In this document: one piece after another, positions 10,842 through 19,182 of the stretch
Layout: each line of letters starts with the position of its first letter
How positions within the stretch are numbered: position 1 is the first letter of the stretch
Assembly: GCA_964456045.1 (NCBI GenBank)
Contig: CAYWAD010000003.1
Span: 1 to 46,765, forward strand
Direction of reading: 5' to 3'
Source: an uncultured Lachnospiraceae bacterium
GTDB taxonomy: Bacteria; Bacillota; Clostridia; Oscillospirales; CAG-272
DNA: 46,765 nt
The notes under the pieces: model-generated
What the model saw: the letters and a program-made list of their open reading frames with translations, nothing else
What the model was told of the DNA's origin: nothing
Database searches by the model: none
Made by a program: the position numbers and the translations under genes

Positions 10842-11654
10842 ATGAACGAAAATGCAAGAAAATTCTGCGGACGCGAAAGCTATACCTTTGATGACCTTTG
10901 TGAAATAATGACCATACTCAGAGGCGAAAACGGTTGTCCGTGGGATAGAAAACAAACGCATAAATCAATAAGAAAAAGTTTCATCGAGGAAACTTATGAG
11001 GCAATCGAAGCAATTGATAACGAGGATCCCGTGCTTTTGCGCGAGGAACTCGGTGACGTTATGCTTCAGGTCGTGTTCCATGCCGAAATGGAGAGGGAAA
11101 TCGGCAGCTTTGACGTAAACGATGTTATTACGGACGAATGCAAAAAGCTCGTGTCCCGTCATCCGCATATTTTCGCGGATTCCGTTGCGGAGACAAGCGA
11201 AGAAGTCCTCACCGCTTGGGATAAAATCAAGGCAGAGGAAAAGAAACGCAAGACAACTTCAATGAAGCTCAACGCAATTCCCAAGCCGTTGCCGGCGCTG
11301 ATGCGCGCGGATAAGCTCGGCGTTGTCAGCCGTAAGGCGGGATTCGATTTCGCGGACGCGGAGGAAGCCTTTGCTAAAATCGCAGAGGAAACAAACGAGG
11401 TTGCCGCGGAGCTTAAATCCGGAGATAAGGCAAGGCTGACGGAGGAGCTCGGTGACCTGCTCTTGGCGGTCGTCAATACCGCGCGCCTTTCCGGAATCGA
11501 TGCCGAGGAAGCGCTTTCGCTCGCCTGCGACAAATATTGCAGCAGATACGAACGGCTCGAAAATTCCATCATCGCGGAAGGGCGTGACCCCTCCGAAATG
11601 ACAATGGCGGAGCTTGATGTCGTTTGGAATAAAATAAAGCATAAAAATCCTTAA
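10842..11654 (+). CDS. mazG: Nucleoside triphosphate pyrophosphohydrolase MazG
   Basis: GCPWD, EETYE, two EELGD motifs, RHPHIF; lacks the YabN methylase domain. Confidence 0.93.
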   Translation: MNENARKFCGRESYTFDDLCEIMTILRGENGCPWDRKQTHKSIRKSFIEETYEAIEAIDNEDPVLLREELGDVMLQVVFHAEMEREIGSFDVNDVITDECKKLVSRHPHIFADSVAETSEEVLTAWDKIKAEEKKRKTTSMKLNAIPKPLPALMRADKLGVVSRKAGFDFADAEEAFAKIAEETNEVAAELKSGDKARLTEELGDLLLAVVNTARLSGIDAEEALSLACDKYCSRYERLENSIIAEGRDPSEMTMAELDVVWNKIKHKNP

Positions 11655-11682
11655 AAATCAAGGAAAATATTGCATTTATCTA

Positions 11683-11711
11683 TTGCATAACATGTAACTG
11701 TATGGTATAAT
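11683..11711 (+). promoter_or_regulatory. sigma-A-like promoter of hup
   Basis: TTGCAT-N17-TATAAT with TG extended -10. Confidence 0.65.
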
Positions 11712-11779
11712 ATATAAAAATCATTCAGGGACGATTCAGTCCGTAAGTTACCACAAATTCGAAAGGATGTACTATTATT

Positions 11780-12052
11780 ATGAACAAGGTTGAACTTATC
11801 AGCGCAGTAGCTAATAAGACAGGACTTAAAAAGAAGGAAGCCGAAGAAGCAGTAAACGCAGTATTCGAAACAATTACAAATACTCTTGCAAATGACGATA
11901 AAGTTCAGATTGTAGGTTTCGGTACCTTCAAGATAAAGAACAAGGAAGCTCGCGAGGGCAGAAACCCCAAGACCGGCGAAAAGATCACAATCGCCGCTTC
12001 CAAAACTCCCGTATTTACTGCAGGTAAGGCTCTTAAGGAAGAAATCAAGTAA
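11780..12052 (+). CDS. hup: Histone-like DNA-binding protein HU
   Basis: MNKVELI, GFGTF, REGRNPKTG, F.AGKALK. Confidence 0.97.
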   Translation: MNKVELISAVANKTGLKKKEAEEAVNAVFETITNTLANDDKVQIVGFGTFKIKNKEAREGRNPKTGEKITIAASKTPVFTAGKALKEEIK

Positions 12053-12086
12053 TTCCTTAACAATCATAATTTAATAACAACGCGAA

Positions 12087-12126
12087 GGCGGTATCCCGTA
12101 ATGGGGTACCGCCCTCGATGCTTTTT
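12087..12126 (+). terminator. GC-rich hairpin after hup (terminator or stabiliser)
   Basis: GGCGGTATCCC(12087-97)/GGGGTACCGCC(12103-13); T-run is offset by 8 nt. Confidence 0.55.
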
Positions 12127-12191
12127 AGGAGGAAATCCCCATAATCCGACATCAAAAAACGACACATAAAGTCGGAAAAAGGGACTTACAT

Positions 12192-12434
12192 ATGAGACTC
12201 GACAAATTTCTTAAAGTATCAAGAATCATAAAAAGACGTACTGTCGCAAATAACGCTTGCGATGCGGAACACGTCAACGTAAACGGCAGACGCGCCAAAG
12301 CGTCCTACGATGTAAAGACGGGAGATATTCTCGAAATCACCTTCGGTGAGAAAACCTTGAAAATACGCGTGATTGAGGTGCGCGACAACGTGGGAAAAGC
12401 GGACGCGGCTTCCATGTACGAGGTTATAGAATAA
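12192..12434 (+). CDS. yabO: S4-domain RNA-binding protein YabO/RqcP
   Basis: MRLDKFLKVSRIIKRRTVA; conserved position after hup. Confidence 0.9.
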   Translation: MRLDKFLKVSRIIKRRTVANNACDAEHVNVNGRRAKASYDVKTGDILEITFGEKTLKIRVIEVRDNVGKADAASMYEVIE

Positions 12435-12452
12435 GCGACTTTCGCATATAAT
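12426..12452 (+). promoter_or_regulatory. sigma-E-like promoter of yabPQ
   Basis: ATA-N16-CATATAAT; yabP is sigma-E-dependent in B. subtilis. Confidence 0.5.
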
Positions 12453-12487
12453 GCACCAAAATCTGAAAATCGGAGAGTTTTAGAGAT

Positions 12488-12760
12488 ATGGATGCATTAA
12501 AAAAAAGTCACGGAATCAGCGTTAGCGAGCGTGCCGTAACGATTTTGACGGGTATCGTCAGCATCGAAGGCTTCGACGAAACGAATATCATTATGAAAAC
12601 GGAAAAGGACGGGCTTTCACTCCAGGGACGCGGACTTCACGTTGACAAATTCGATTCCGAAACGGGTGATATGGTTTGCAGCGGAACGGTCGATGCGATC
12701 GTGTACTATGATGTGAAAAAAAGATCGGAGAAAAAACGGAGCAAATTCCGTGAAAACTGA
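12488..12760 (+). CDS. yabP: Sporulation protein YabP
   Basis: TGIVSIEGFDE, G.GLHV; synteny with yabO and yabQ. Confidence 0.8.
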   Translation: MDALKKSHGISVSERAVTILTGIVSIEGFDETNIIMKTEKDGLSLQGRGLHVDKFDSETGDMVCSGTVDAIVYYDVKKRSEKKRSKFREN

Positions 12761-13364
12761 TCTTCATCTTTACGCGGAGCGTGAATTATTGCTGATTGTA
12801 TACGCGATTCTGTTCGGGATTGCCGCCGGTGCGGTGTATGACCTGTTCAGAATCGGACGAACATTTTTAGGTTGCGGACTTAAACCGGATAAACGGTATT
12901 CGGAACGTGAGCTGCCGCTGATCGGTCGTCAAAAGCAGAGCGAAAGCAAAATCGGGAAAGGTGTCTCCGTCGTGATGCTGACTTTGCTTGACATAGTTTA
13001 TATGATTGTTTTCGCCATTTCGATAACGCTGTTTTATTACAGCGTGAATGACGGGATTGTCAGATGGTACACGCTGTTGGGTGTCGGAGCCGGATTTTAT
13101 GCGTATATGAAAACGCTCGGTGTGATTACAAAAAAGACGGTCGGCATAATATTGTTCGTGATTGCCTGTATCGGCAGATACATTTGGTATTTCGGCATCA
13201 AGCCGTTTAGATTACTGAAAAAAATATATTTGAAAACGATCGGTGCGGTGTATTTGAAAATCTTACGTCGCAGATCGGCTTTCATGATTGAAAAATATAC
13301 AAAAGTCACGCTGAAAAAACGTTTTGATGAGATCAGCGTCGCCGTTAAGACGGAAAATGCGTAA
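12750..13364 (+). CDS. yabQ: Spore cortex protein YabQ
   Basis: G...GAVYDLFRI, NDGIVRWY, TM segments; GTG start overlapping yabP. Confidence 0.85.
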   Translation: MKTDLHLYAERELLLIVYAILFGIAAGAVYDLFRIGRTFLGCGLKPDKRYSERELPLIGRQKQSESKIGKGVSVVMLTLLDIVYMIVFAISITLFYYSVNDGIVRWYTLLGVGAGFYAYMKTLGVITKKTVGIILFVIACIGRYIWYFGIKPFRLLKKIYLKTIGAVYLKILRRRSAFMIEKYTKVTLKKRFDEISVAVKTENA

Positions 13365-13381
13365 AAGGGAAGGTCAAAACC

Positions 13382-13666
13382 ATGCTTGAGATGATAAGCG
13401 AAAATCTGATATTCAAAATTGCGGTAGGTCTTTTTGCCGTGCTTTGCATAATATCCATATTTTCATTTAATACGGAAAAACAGGAGCTTTTGGCGCAAAA
13501 AGCAGAGCTTGAAGAACAGATCGCATGCCGTGAAGAAGAAATTCTTTCGATGGAGAATGATCTATCGAAGCCGTATGACGACGATTACGTAATCAGAATC
13601 GCGAGGGAAAAGCTCAATATGCGCCTGCCCGAAGAAATCGTGTTTATCACCGATTACAAAAACTAA
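13382..13666 (+). CDS. divIC: Septum formation initiator DivIC/FtsB
   Basis: One TM, coiled coil, YVIRIAREKLNM..P.EIVF. Confidence 0.85.
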   Translation: MLEMISENLIFKIAVGLFAVLCIISIFSFNTEKQELLAQKAELEEQIACREEEILSMENDLSKPYDDDYVIRIAREKLNMRLPEEIVFITDYKN

Positions 13667-13680
13667 AATACCAAATCACA

Positions 13681-13716
13681 AAAATCCCCGACGGGAATTT
13701 TCCCGTCGGGGATTTT
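13681..13716. terminator. Bidirectional intrinsic terminator
   Basis: Perfect IR AAAATCCCCGACGGGA / TCCCGTCGGGGATTTT between convergent genes. Confidence 0.9.
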
Positions 13717-13733
13717 GTCTTTTATTTTTAGAT

Positions 13734-14630
13734 TTACGTGCCTGAAGCGTCGATTATCTCCGGAATTTTGTATGTTCGAAGCAGCTCAAGCAATCGCTTC
13801 AACCCCGTTGTATTGAGGCAGGAGGAACCTGCGTCGCAGTCTATTCTGAGGTATCCGGACGAATTTGAAAATGCGGAGGCAATGTCAATATAATATGCGC
13901 CGAACTCCGCTGCGGCTGCGTGAATGTATTTGTTGAAGTTCTCGGCTTCGTAAATGTTAAGATCGTCTCCGTCTGAACCGGGAAGTATCGGCATACAAAC
14001 AATAATTGTTGACTGCGATGCTTCGCGAAGCGATGAAATAAGCTCGCGGTAGCAGTTGTAAAAATCCGACTCGGACATATCCGACCGTTTCAAAAGCTCA
14101 TCTGTGCCGACGGAAACAAGCAAATATTCGGGACAGAGCGCCCGAACAGCGTCCGCCGCAGATACGATCTCGTCGTTTTTTGAAAGATATACAAGTGCGT
14201 TCTTGCCGCTCGAAAGCGAAAATGACGACGATATTCCGGTGATAACTTTGTCCGTGTTCCGCCCGTCCGATAGCATACCGAGCGATTTCATCCCGTAAAT
14301 CACGGAATCACAAAGAAAATAATACTTTTCGAGCTGATCTTCTCCTAGATCCTGCGTGATCTGCATCAGAGAATTTTCAAGCTCCTCCGCCGAAACGACA
14401 ATAGGCGGAGACTCCGTGACGTCACTTTCGACGGGCGTGAACACAAAGACGTCACCGTCCGCGTCGGTATCCTTGCTGTCCGCAACGGGCGGAAGGTTGG
14501 CAACGGCGTTTGAATCGGTGTCGGTATCGGATGGGTCGCTGTCGTTTTTTGAGCAAGCGACAACCGAAACGATCGCTAAAATCAGGCACGACGCAAAAAG
14601 CAGCGTTTTGCCGGTTGAAAGCTTTTTCAT
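13734..14630 (-). CDS. Lipoprotein with a degenerate SGNH/GDSL hydrolase domain
   Basis: Start moved to MKKLSTG (TGATG overlap with upstream gene); lipobox VVAC; acidic linker; FLCDS, SVGTDE, FNKYI, YYIDIA blocks. Confidence 0.7.
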   Translation of the reverse strand: MKKLSTGKTLLFASCLILAIVSVVACSKNDSDPSDTDTDSNAVANLPPVADSKDTDADGDVFVFTPVESDVTESPPIVVSAEELENSLMQITQDLGEDQLEKYYFLCDSVIYGMKSLGMLSDGRNTDKVITGISSSFSLSSGKNALVYLSKNDEIVSAADAVRALCPEYLLVSVGTDELLKRSDMSESDFYNCYRELISSLREASQSTIIVCMPILPGSDGDDLNIYEAENFNKYIHAAAAEFGAYYIDIASAFSNSSGYLRIDCDAGSSCLNTTGLKRLLELLRTYKIPEIIDASGT

Positions 14631-15106
14631 CAGTCGTAAATTCGTTTGTATTCGGAAGCATCGACGCTCGCCTTTTTTGCCGCTCCGCGTATCGCAAGCA
14701 CGATGCCGCAAATGATGAAATAAACAAGCGAAAATACAAACAAAAGGATTATTGTCGAGCTTTTGCCTGCGTCATATCCCGATATGCTGAGAAACAAAAC
14801 ATAAAACGAAATCAGCATTGCGGCGTAGTGAATCGCGATGCGGAGCGAAATGTGAAGATCGAACCTTTTTTGCGTCAAAACGATGTTCGCAAGCGATGTT
14901 ATCAGCGCGAAAACGAGCAACAGAAAGCCGGATTTTCGTGTAAGAACCATGTATCTGTCCGTCAGGTCGAAAAGCGGGGCGCATAAATAAAAAATCATAG
15001 TCATTACTGTGTAAATGAGCGATGACGGATATATTATCTTTTTCAAAAGAAGCTTCCAAAAGCTTTCTTTTTCCACAGCTTTCGGTGTTTTGGAATTATT
15101 TTTCAT
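14630..15106 (-). CDS. Small 4-TM membrane protein, function unknown
   Basis: Four hydrophobic segments, basic termini; stop overlaps the lipoprotein start. Confidence 0.75.
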   Translation of the reverse strand: MKNNSKTPKAVEKESFWKLLLKKIIYPSSLIYTVMTMIFYLCAPLFDLTDRYMVLTRKSGFLLLVFALITSLANIVLTQKRFDLHISLRIAIHYAAMLISFYVLFLSISGYDAGKSSTIILLFVFSLVYFIICGIVLAIRGAAKKASVDASEYKRIYD

Positions 15107-15148
15107 ATTTAAGTCTTTCTTGATATTCTTTTATGTGTATTCTTTTAT

Positions 15149-15177
15149 ATAATATCACATTAAGGCGGTACGTTCAA
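15149..15177 (-). promoter_or_regulatory. sigma-A-like promoter of the membrane protein/SGNH pair
   Basis: Minus strand TTGAAC-N17-TATTAT with TG; IR GCGGTA-N10-TACCGC (15165-15186) straddles the -35. Confidence 0.5.
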
Positions 15178-15281
15178 TAATACCGCGCAAAAATTCAAAA
15201 AATAATCACATTTATTTCGCTTTGCGAACTTTGAAACAAATAAAAATTTGCGATGTTTAAGCAATAGTTTACGTACGGTCA

Positions 15282-15311
15282 TTGACTTTTAGGTAATATT
15301 GGGTATATAAT
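15282..15311 (+). promoter_or_regulatory. sigma-A-like promoter of the nusB operon
   Basis: TTGACT-N18-TATAAT. Confidence 0.55.
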
Positions 15312-15388
15312 AAAATTGTATTTTTATGCGGTTTAACGTATATGTGTTATGAAAGATTATACGGCATTTACGCGGTATGGAGGATTAT

Positions 15389-15823
15389 ATGACAAGAAGA
15401 GAAGCCAGAGAAGCAGTTCTCGAACTTTTGTACGAAAGAGCATCAAGACCGGATGAGCTTGCATCCGAGATTTACGAAAGAGCAATGGAAGTTCGCGAAA
15501 TAGAGCTGAATGCGTACATAAAGGACGTTTATTTCGGCGTTGAAGAAAATATTGAAACGATCGACGAAAAGATCAAGGGGGTATCGCTCGATTGGTCAAC
15601 GGAACGTATGTCACGTGTTACGATCTCAATATTGAGACTTGCGGTTTACGAATTTTATTTTGTCCGTAACATTCCCGTAAGCGTTTCGATAAATGAAGCC
15701 GTTGAGCTTGCCAAAAAGTATGACGGCGACGGTGCCCCCTCTTTTATCAACGGAATTCTTTCGAAAATCGGTAAGGATTCCGCGATCGAAAAGGATGCAT
15801 ACCCTCGTAAGAACAGAAAATGA
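15389..15823 (+). CDS. nusB: Transcription antitermination factor NusB
   Basis: RREARE, ILRLAVYE, INEAVELAKKY, FINGIL; start ATG 15389 after GGAGG. Confidence 0.95.
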   Translation: MTRREAREAVLELLYERASRPDELASEIYERAMEVREIELNAYIKDVYFGVEENIETIDEKIKGVSLDWSTERMSRVTISILRLAVYEFYFVRNIPVSVSINEAVELAKKYDGDGAPSFINGILSKIGKDSAIEKDAYPRKNRK

Positions 15824-16773
15824 GCGAAAAAATAACGCTCGGAATTGATACGAGCAATTACACAACCTCCGTCGCGATCTGCGCAGACGGACATATTGTG
15901 TTGAATAAAAAGCTTCCGCTTCCCGTAAAAGAGGGCGAACGCGGACTCAGGCAGTCCGATGCCGTTTTCGCACATATCAAAAATCTGCCCGAAGCAATGG
16001 CGGAGGCTCGCACAGTCTTGGGCGGAAAAAGCCCGGACGCTATAGGTGTTTCGGTAACTCCGCGTGATGCAAAGGGATCGTATATGCCGTGCTTCCTTTC
16101 CGGTAAAGCGGCGGCATATTCCGCTTCCGCAGCCTGCGGCGCACCGATTTACGAGTTTTCACATCAGGCAGGACATATTGCAGCGGCGCTTTTTTCGGCA
16201 GGGAAAACGGACTTGCTTTTCGGAGATAAACCCTTTGCCGCATTCCATGTTTCCGGAGGTACAACGGAATTGACCCTTGTTACCCCCGATAACGGCTATC
16301 CGCGCGCCGTACCGATCGGCGGAACGAACGATCTTAACGCAGGTCAACTCATTGACCGTGTCGGAGTTATGCTCGGATTGCAATTTCCGTGCGGAGCGGC
16401 GCTTGAAAAATTAGCCGAACCGGTCAAGGTTTCGATGCATGGTATCAACGTTTCCGTGAATAGACTCACAGCAAACCTTTCCGGTGCGGAAAACTTGGCG
16501 CGTTTTCGATATATTGACACGGATGACAAAGCCGAAACCGCGGCATATACGCTTGATTTTGTTACAAAAACACTCGATACTCTTACAAAAAATCTGCGCA
16601 GCGAGTATCCCGAAATTCCCGTTATTTACGCAGGCGGAGTTATGAGTTGTAAGCGTATGCGAATAACGCTCGGTAAGAGATGCGATGTATACTTTTCAGA
16701 ACCGGAATTTTCTGCGGACAATGCCGCCGGAATCGCGCTCCTCGCTTATAACAAACTGACGAAAGGGGACTGA
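15820..16773 (+). CDS. TsaD/Kae1-family paralog (peptidase M22-like)
   Basis: LGIDTSNYT, HQAGH, VSGGTT, AGQLIDRVG, DNAAGIA. Confidence 0.8.
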   Translation: MSEKITLGIDTSNYTTSVAICADGHIVLNKKLPLPVKEGERGLRQSDAVFAHIKNLPEAMAEARTVLGGKSPDAIGVSVTPRDAKGSYMPCFLSGKAAAYSASAACGAPIYEFSHQAGHIAAALFSAGKTDLLFGDKPFAAFHVSGGTTELTLVTPDNGYPRAVPIGGTNDLNAGQLIDRVGVMLGLQFPCGAALEKLAEPVKVSMHGINVSVNRLTANLSGAENLARFRYIDTDDKAETAAYTLDFVTKTLDTLTKNLRSEYPEIPVIYAGGVMSCKRMRITLGKRCDVYFSEPEFSADNAAGIALLAYNKLTKGD

Positions 16774-16778
16774 TCGAC

Positions 16779-18008
16779 GTGGTGGATTTTTCCAAGATCC
16801 CGATGACAATGACCGTCACGGAGCTGAACGAATACGTAAAAATGTCGCTCGACGCCAATCCCGTCCTAGGAGATATATTTATCAAAGGTGAAATCTCGAA
16901 TTTCACGAACCATTACAAGACCGGCCACCTTTATTTCACCGTAAAGGATGAATCGTCAAACCTCAAGGCGGTTATGTTTCGCTCATCGGCGGTAAAACTT
17001 GCCTTCAAGCCGGAAAACGGTATGAAAGTCATCGTCCACGGCAGAGTTGCGGCTTTCGTCCGCGACGGACAGTATCAGCTCTATGCCGATTCGATGCAAC
17101 CGGACGGCGTGGGCGCACTTTATATAGCCTACGAACAGCTTAAAGCCAAGCTTGAAGCGGAGGGACTTTTCGCAACCGAAAAAAAGCGCCATCTCCCGAA
17201 AATTCCGACAAAAGTCGGCATAATTACGGCACCGACAGGTGCCGCAATCAGAGATATGATAAATGTCTCCGGAAGACGTTTTCCGATGGCGGAGATAATA
17301 CTTTATCCCGCTCTCGTTCAGGGACCGGACGCTCCGCCTCAGCTTATAGCCGGACTCAATTATTTTTCGTCAACAAAATCGGTCGATGTTGTTATCATAG
17401 GTCGCGGAGGCGGTTCGATTGAGGACTTGTGGGCGTTTAACGACGAAGGCGTCGCGCGCGCGGTTGCCGCGTGCTCGGTTCCAGTTATTTCCGCGGTAGG
17501 TCACGAAACGGATTTTACGATCTGCGATTTCGTCGCAGATAAACGCGCCCCCACACCCTCTGCGGCGGCGGAGCTTGCATTGCCCGAATCAACCGAGCTG
17601 AAACGAAAGCTCAATAACATAACAACGCACAATATGCTTTGCCTCGAACGCAATATCGAAAGCCGCAAACGCGCCGTCGAAGCTCTTTCGTCAAGACGCG
17701 CTTTGCGCGATCCGAATATGATAACGGACGAAAAACGTATGCTCACTGTGTCGCTTGCGGATAAGCTGTCCGCGGCGGCAAAGCAAAGGCTCGACGCCTC
17801 ACGTCTCAAGTTTCTTTCGTCTGCTGCAAAGCTTGACGCACTGAATCCGCTCGCCATCCTCACACGCGGATATTTCGCCGCATTTGACGAAGACGGAAAG
17901 GTTATGAAAAGCGTCGATGATGCCACTGTCGGAAGCTCTGTTACGATGAAAGCATCGGACGGAGAGATAAAAGCAAGAGTCGAGTCCGTCATTAAAAATC
18001 AACTGTAA
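16779..18008 (+). CDS. xseA: Exodeoxyribonuclease VII large subunit
   Basis: GEISNF, GHLYF, RGGGSIEDLWAFN, GHETD, APTPSAAAE; start may be ATG 16803. Confidence 0.95.
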   Translation: MVDFSKIPMTMTVTELNEYVKMSLDANPVLGDIFIKGEISNFTNHYKTGHLYFTVKDESSNLKAVMFRSSAVKLAFKPENGMKVIVHGRVAAFVRDGQYQLYADSMQPDGVGALYIAYEQLKAKLEAEGLFATEKKRHLPKIPTKVGIITAPTGAAIRDMINVSGRRFPMAEIILYPALVQGPDAPPQLIAGLNYFSSTKSVDVVIIGRGGGSIEDLWAFNDEGVARAVAACSVPVISAVGHETDFTICDFVADKRAPTPSAAAELALPESTELKRKLNNITTHNMLCLERNIESRKRAVEALSSRRALRDPNMITDEKRMLTVSLADKLSAAAKQRLDASRLKFLSSAAKLDALNPLAILTRGYFAAFDEDGKVMKSVDDATVGSSVTMKASDGEIKARVESVIKNQL

Positions 18009-18019
18009 GGAGTTTTTAT

Positions 18020-18253
18020 ATGTCCGAAGAAAATAAAACTTTTGAAAATGCGATCGCGCGCCTCGAAGTTATAGTTCGTATGCTCGAAAGCGGAAACGCT
18101 CCGCTGGATGAGTCTCTTTCGCTTTTTGAGGAGGGCGTTTCGCTTGTAAAATTCTGTAACGAAAAGCTTGATACCGCCGAACAGCGCGTGAGAATGCTTT
18201 CATTCGCGCCGGACGGAACGGCAAACGAAGTTCCGCTTGCACCGAAAAACTAA
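18020..18253 (+). CDS. xseB: Exodeoxyribonuclease VII small subunit
   Basis: FENAIARLEVIV, LDESLSLFEEG. Confidence 0.95.
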   Translation: MSEENKTFENAIARLEVIVRMLESGNAPLDESLSLFEEGVSLVKFCNEKLDTAEQRVRMLSFAPDGTANEVPLAPKN

Positions 18254-18267
18254 AAGGAGATACGATT

Positions 18268-19137
18268 TTGAAAAACATTGAAGAAATTATAAAGAACAAC
18301 GCGGAGCTTATCGAAGCTTCGCTGGATAGCCTTCTTCCGAATGAAGAAGAACCGCATTCCGTCATATACGAGGCTATGCGTTATTCCGCTATGGAGGGCG
18401 GCAAGCGTATACGCCCCTTGCTGACGCTTGAATTTTGTCGCCTTTTCGGCGGCGATGTTGTGTGCGCGATTCCGTATGCTTGCGCTGTTGAATGCGTGCA
18501 TACATATTCGCTCATTCATGACGATCTGCCTTGCATGGACGATGATGACGAACGTCGCGGTAAGCCTTCGTCGCACAAAGTTTACGGCGAGGCGAACGCG
18601 CTACTCGCAGGTGACGCGCTTTTGACTTATGCGTTCTCTCTCATTGCGGATAATCCGTTTATCGACGCGGACAGAAATTGCCGTGCCGTTTCAATACTTT
18701 CTTTGCTCGCAGGACACGACGGAATGATCGGCGGTCAGATATGCGATATGCTTTACGAAAATCGCGACGTTTCCTTTGAAGAACTCGTAGAAATGCAAAG
18801 AAAAAAGACAGGCGACCTCTTCGCCGCGGCGGCAGTTCTGGGCGTTATCGCGGCGGATAAGGATAAAACACTCGACGATTCCGTATATGAGGCTGTTCGC
18901 GCATATGCGAATGAGATCGGATTGGCGTTCCAAATAATCGATGATATACTTGACACGGACGAAGGAGGCAGTGACGCCGAAGCCGGCAAAACAACAGTCC
19001 TTTCCTTTATGAGCAAAGAGGAGGCTCGTTCGTTTGTAATTACATTGACGCAATGGGCTATCGAAGAAATAAGTAAATATGACGGTTCGGAAGTGCTTAC
19101 CGATCTTGCCGTTTGGCTCTCCGAACGATGCTCGTGA
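18268..19137 (+). CDS. ispA: Farnesyl/geranylgeranyl diphosphate synthase
   Basis: GGKRIRP, HDDLPCMDDD..RRG, AFQIIDDILD; TTG start after AAGGAG. Confidence 0.92.
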   Translation: MKNIEEIIKNNAELIEASLDSLLPNEEEPHSVIYEAMRYSAMEGGKRIRPLLTLEFCRLFGGDVVCAIPYACAVECVHTYSLIHDDLPCMDDDDERRGKPSSHKVYGEANALLAGDALLTYAFSLIADNPFIDADRNCRAVSILSLLAGHDGMIGGQICDMLYENRDVSFEELVEMQRKKTGDLFAAAAVLGVIAADKDKTLDDSVYEAVRAYANEIGLAFQIIDDILDTDEGGSDAEAGKTTVLSFMSKEEARSFVITLTQWAIEEISKYDGSEVLTDLAVWLSERCS

Positions 19138-19182
19138 ACTTAACTCTCGTTTGCGTTTCGCTTCATAAAACAGTATATTTTT

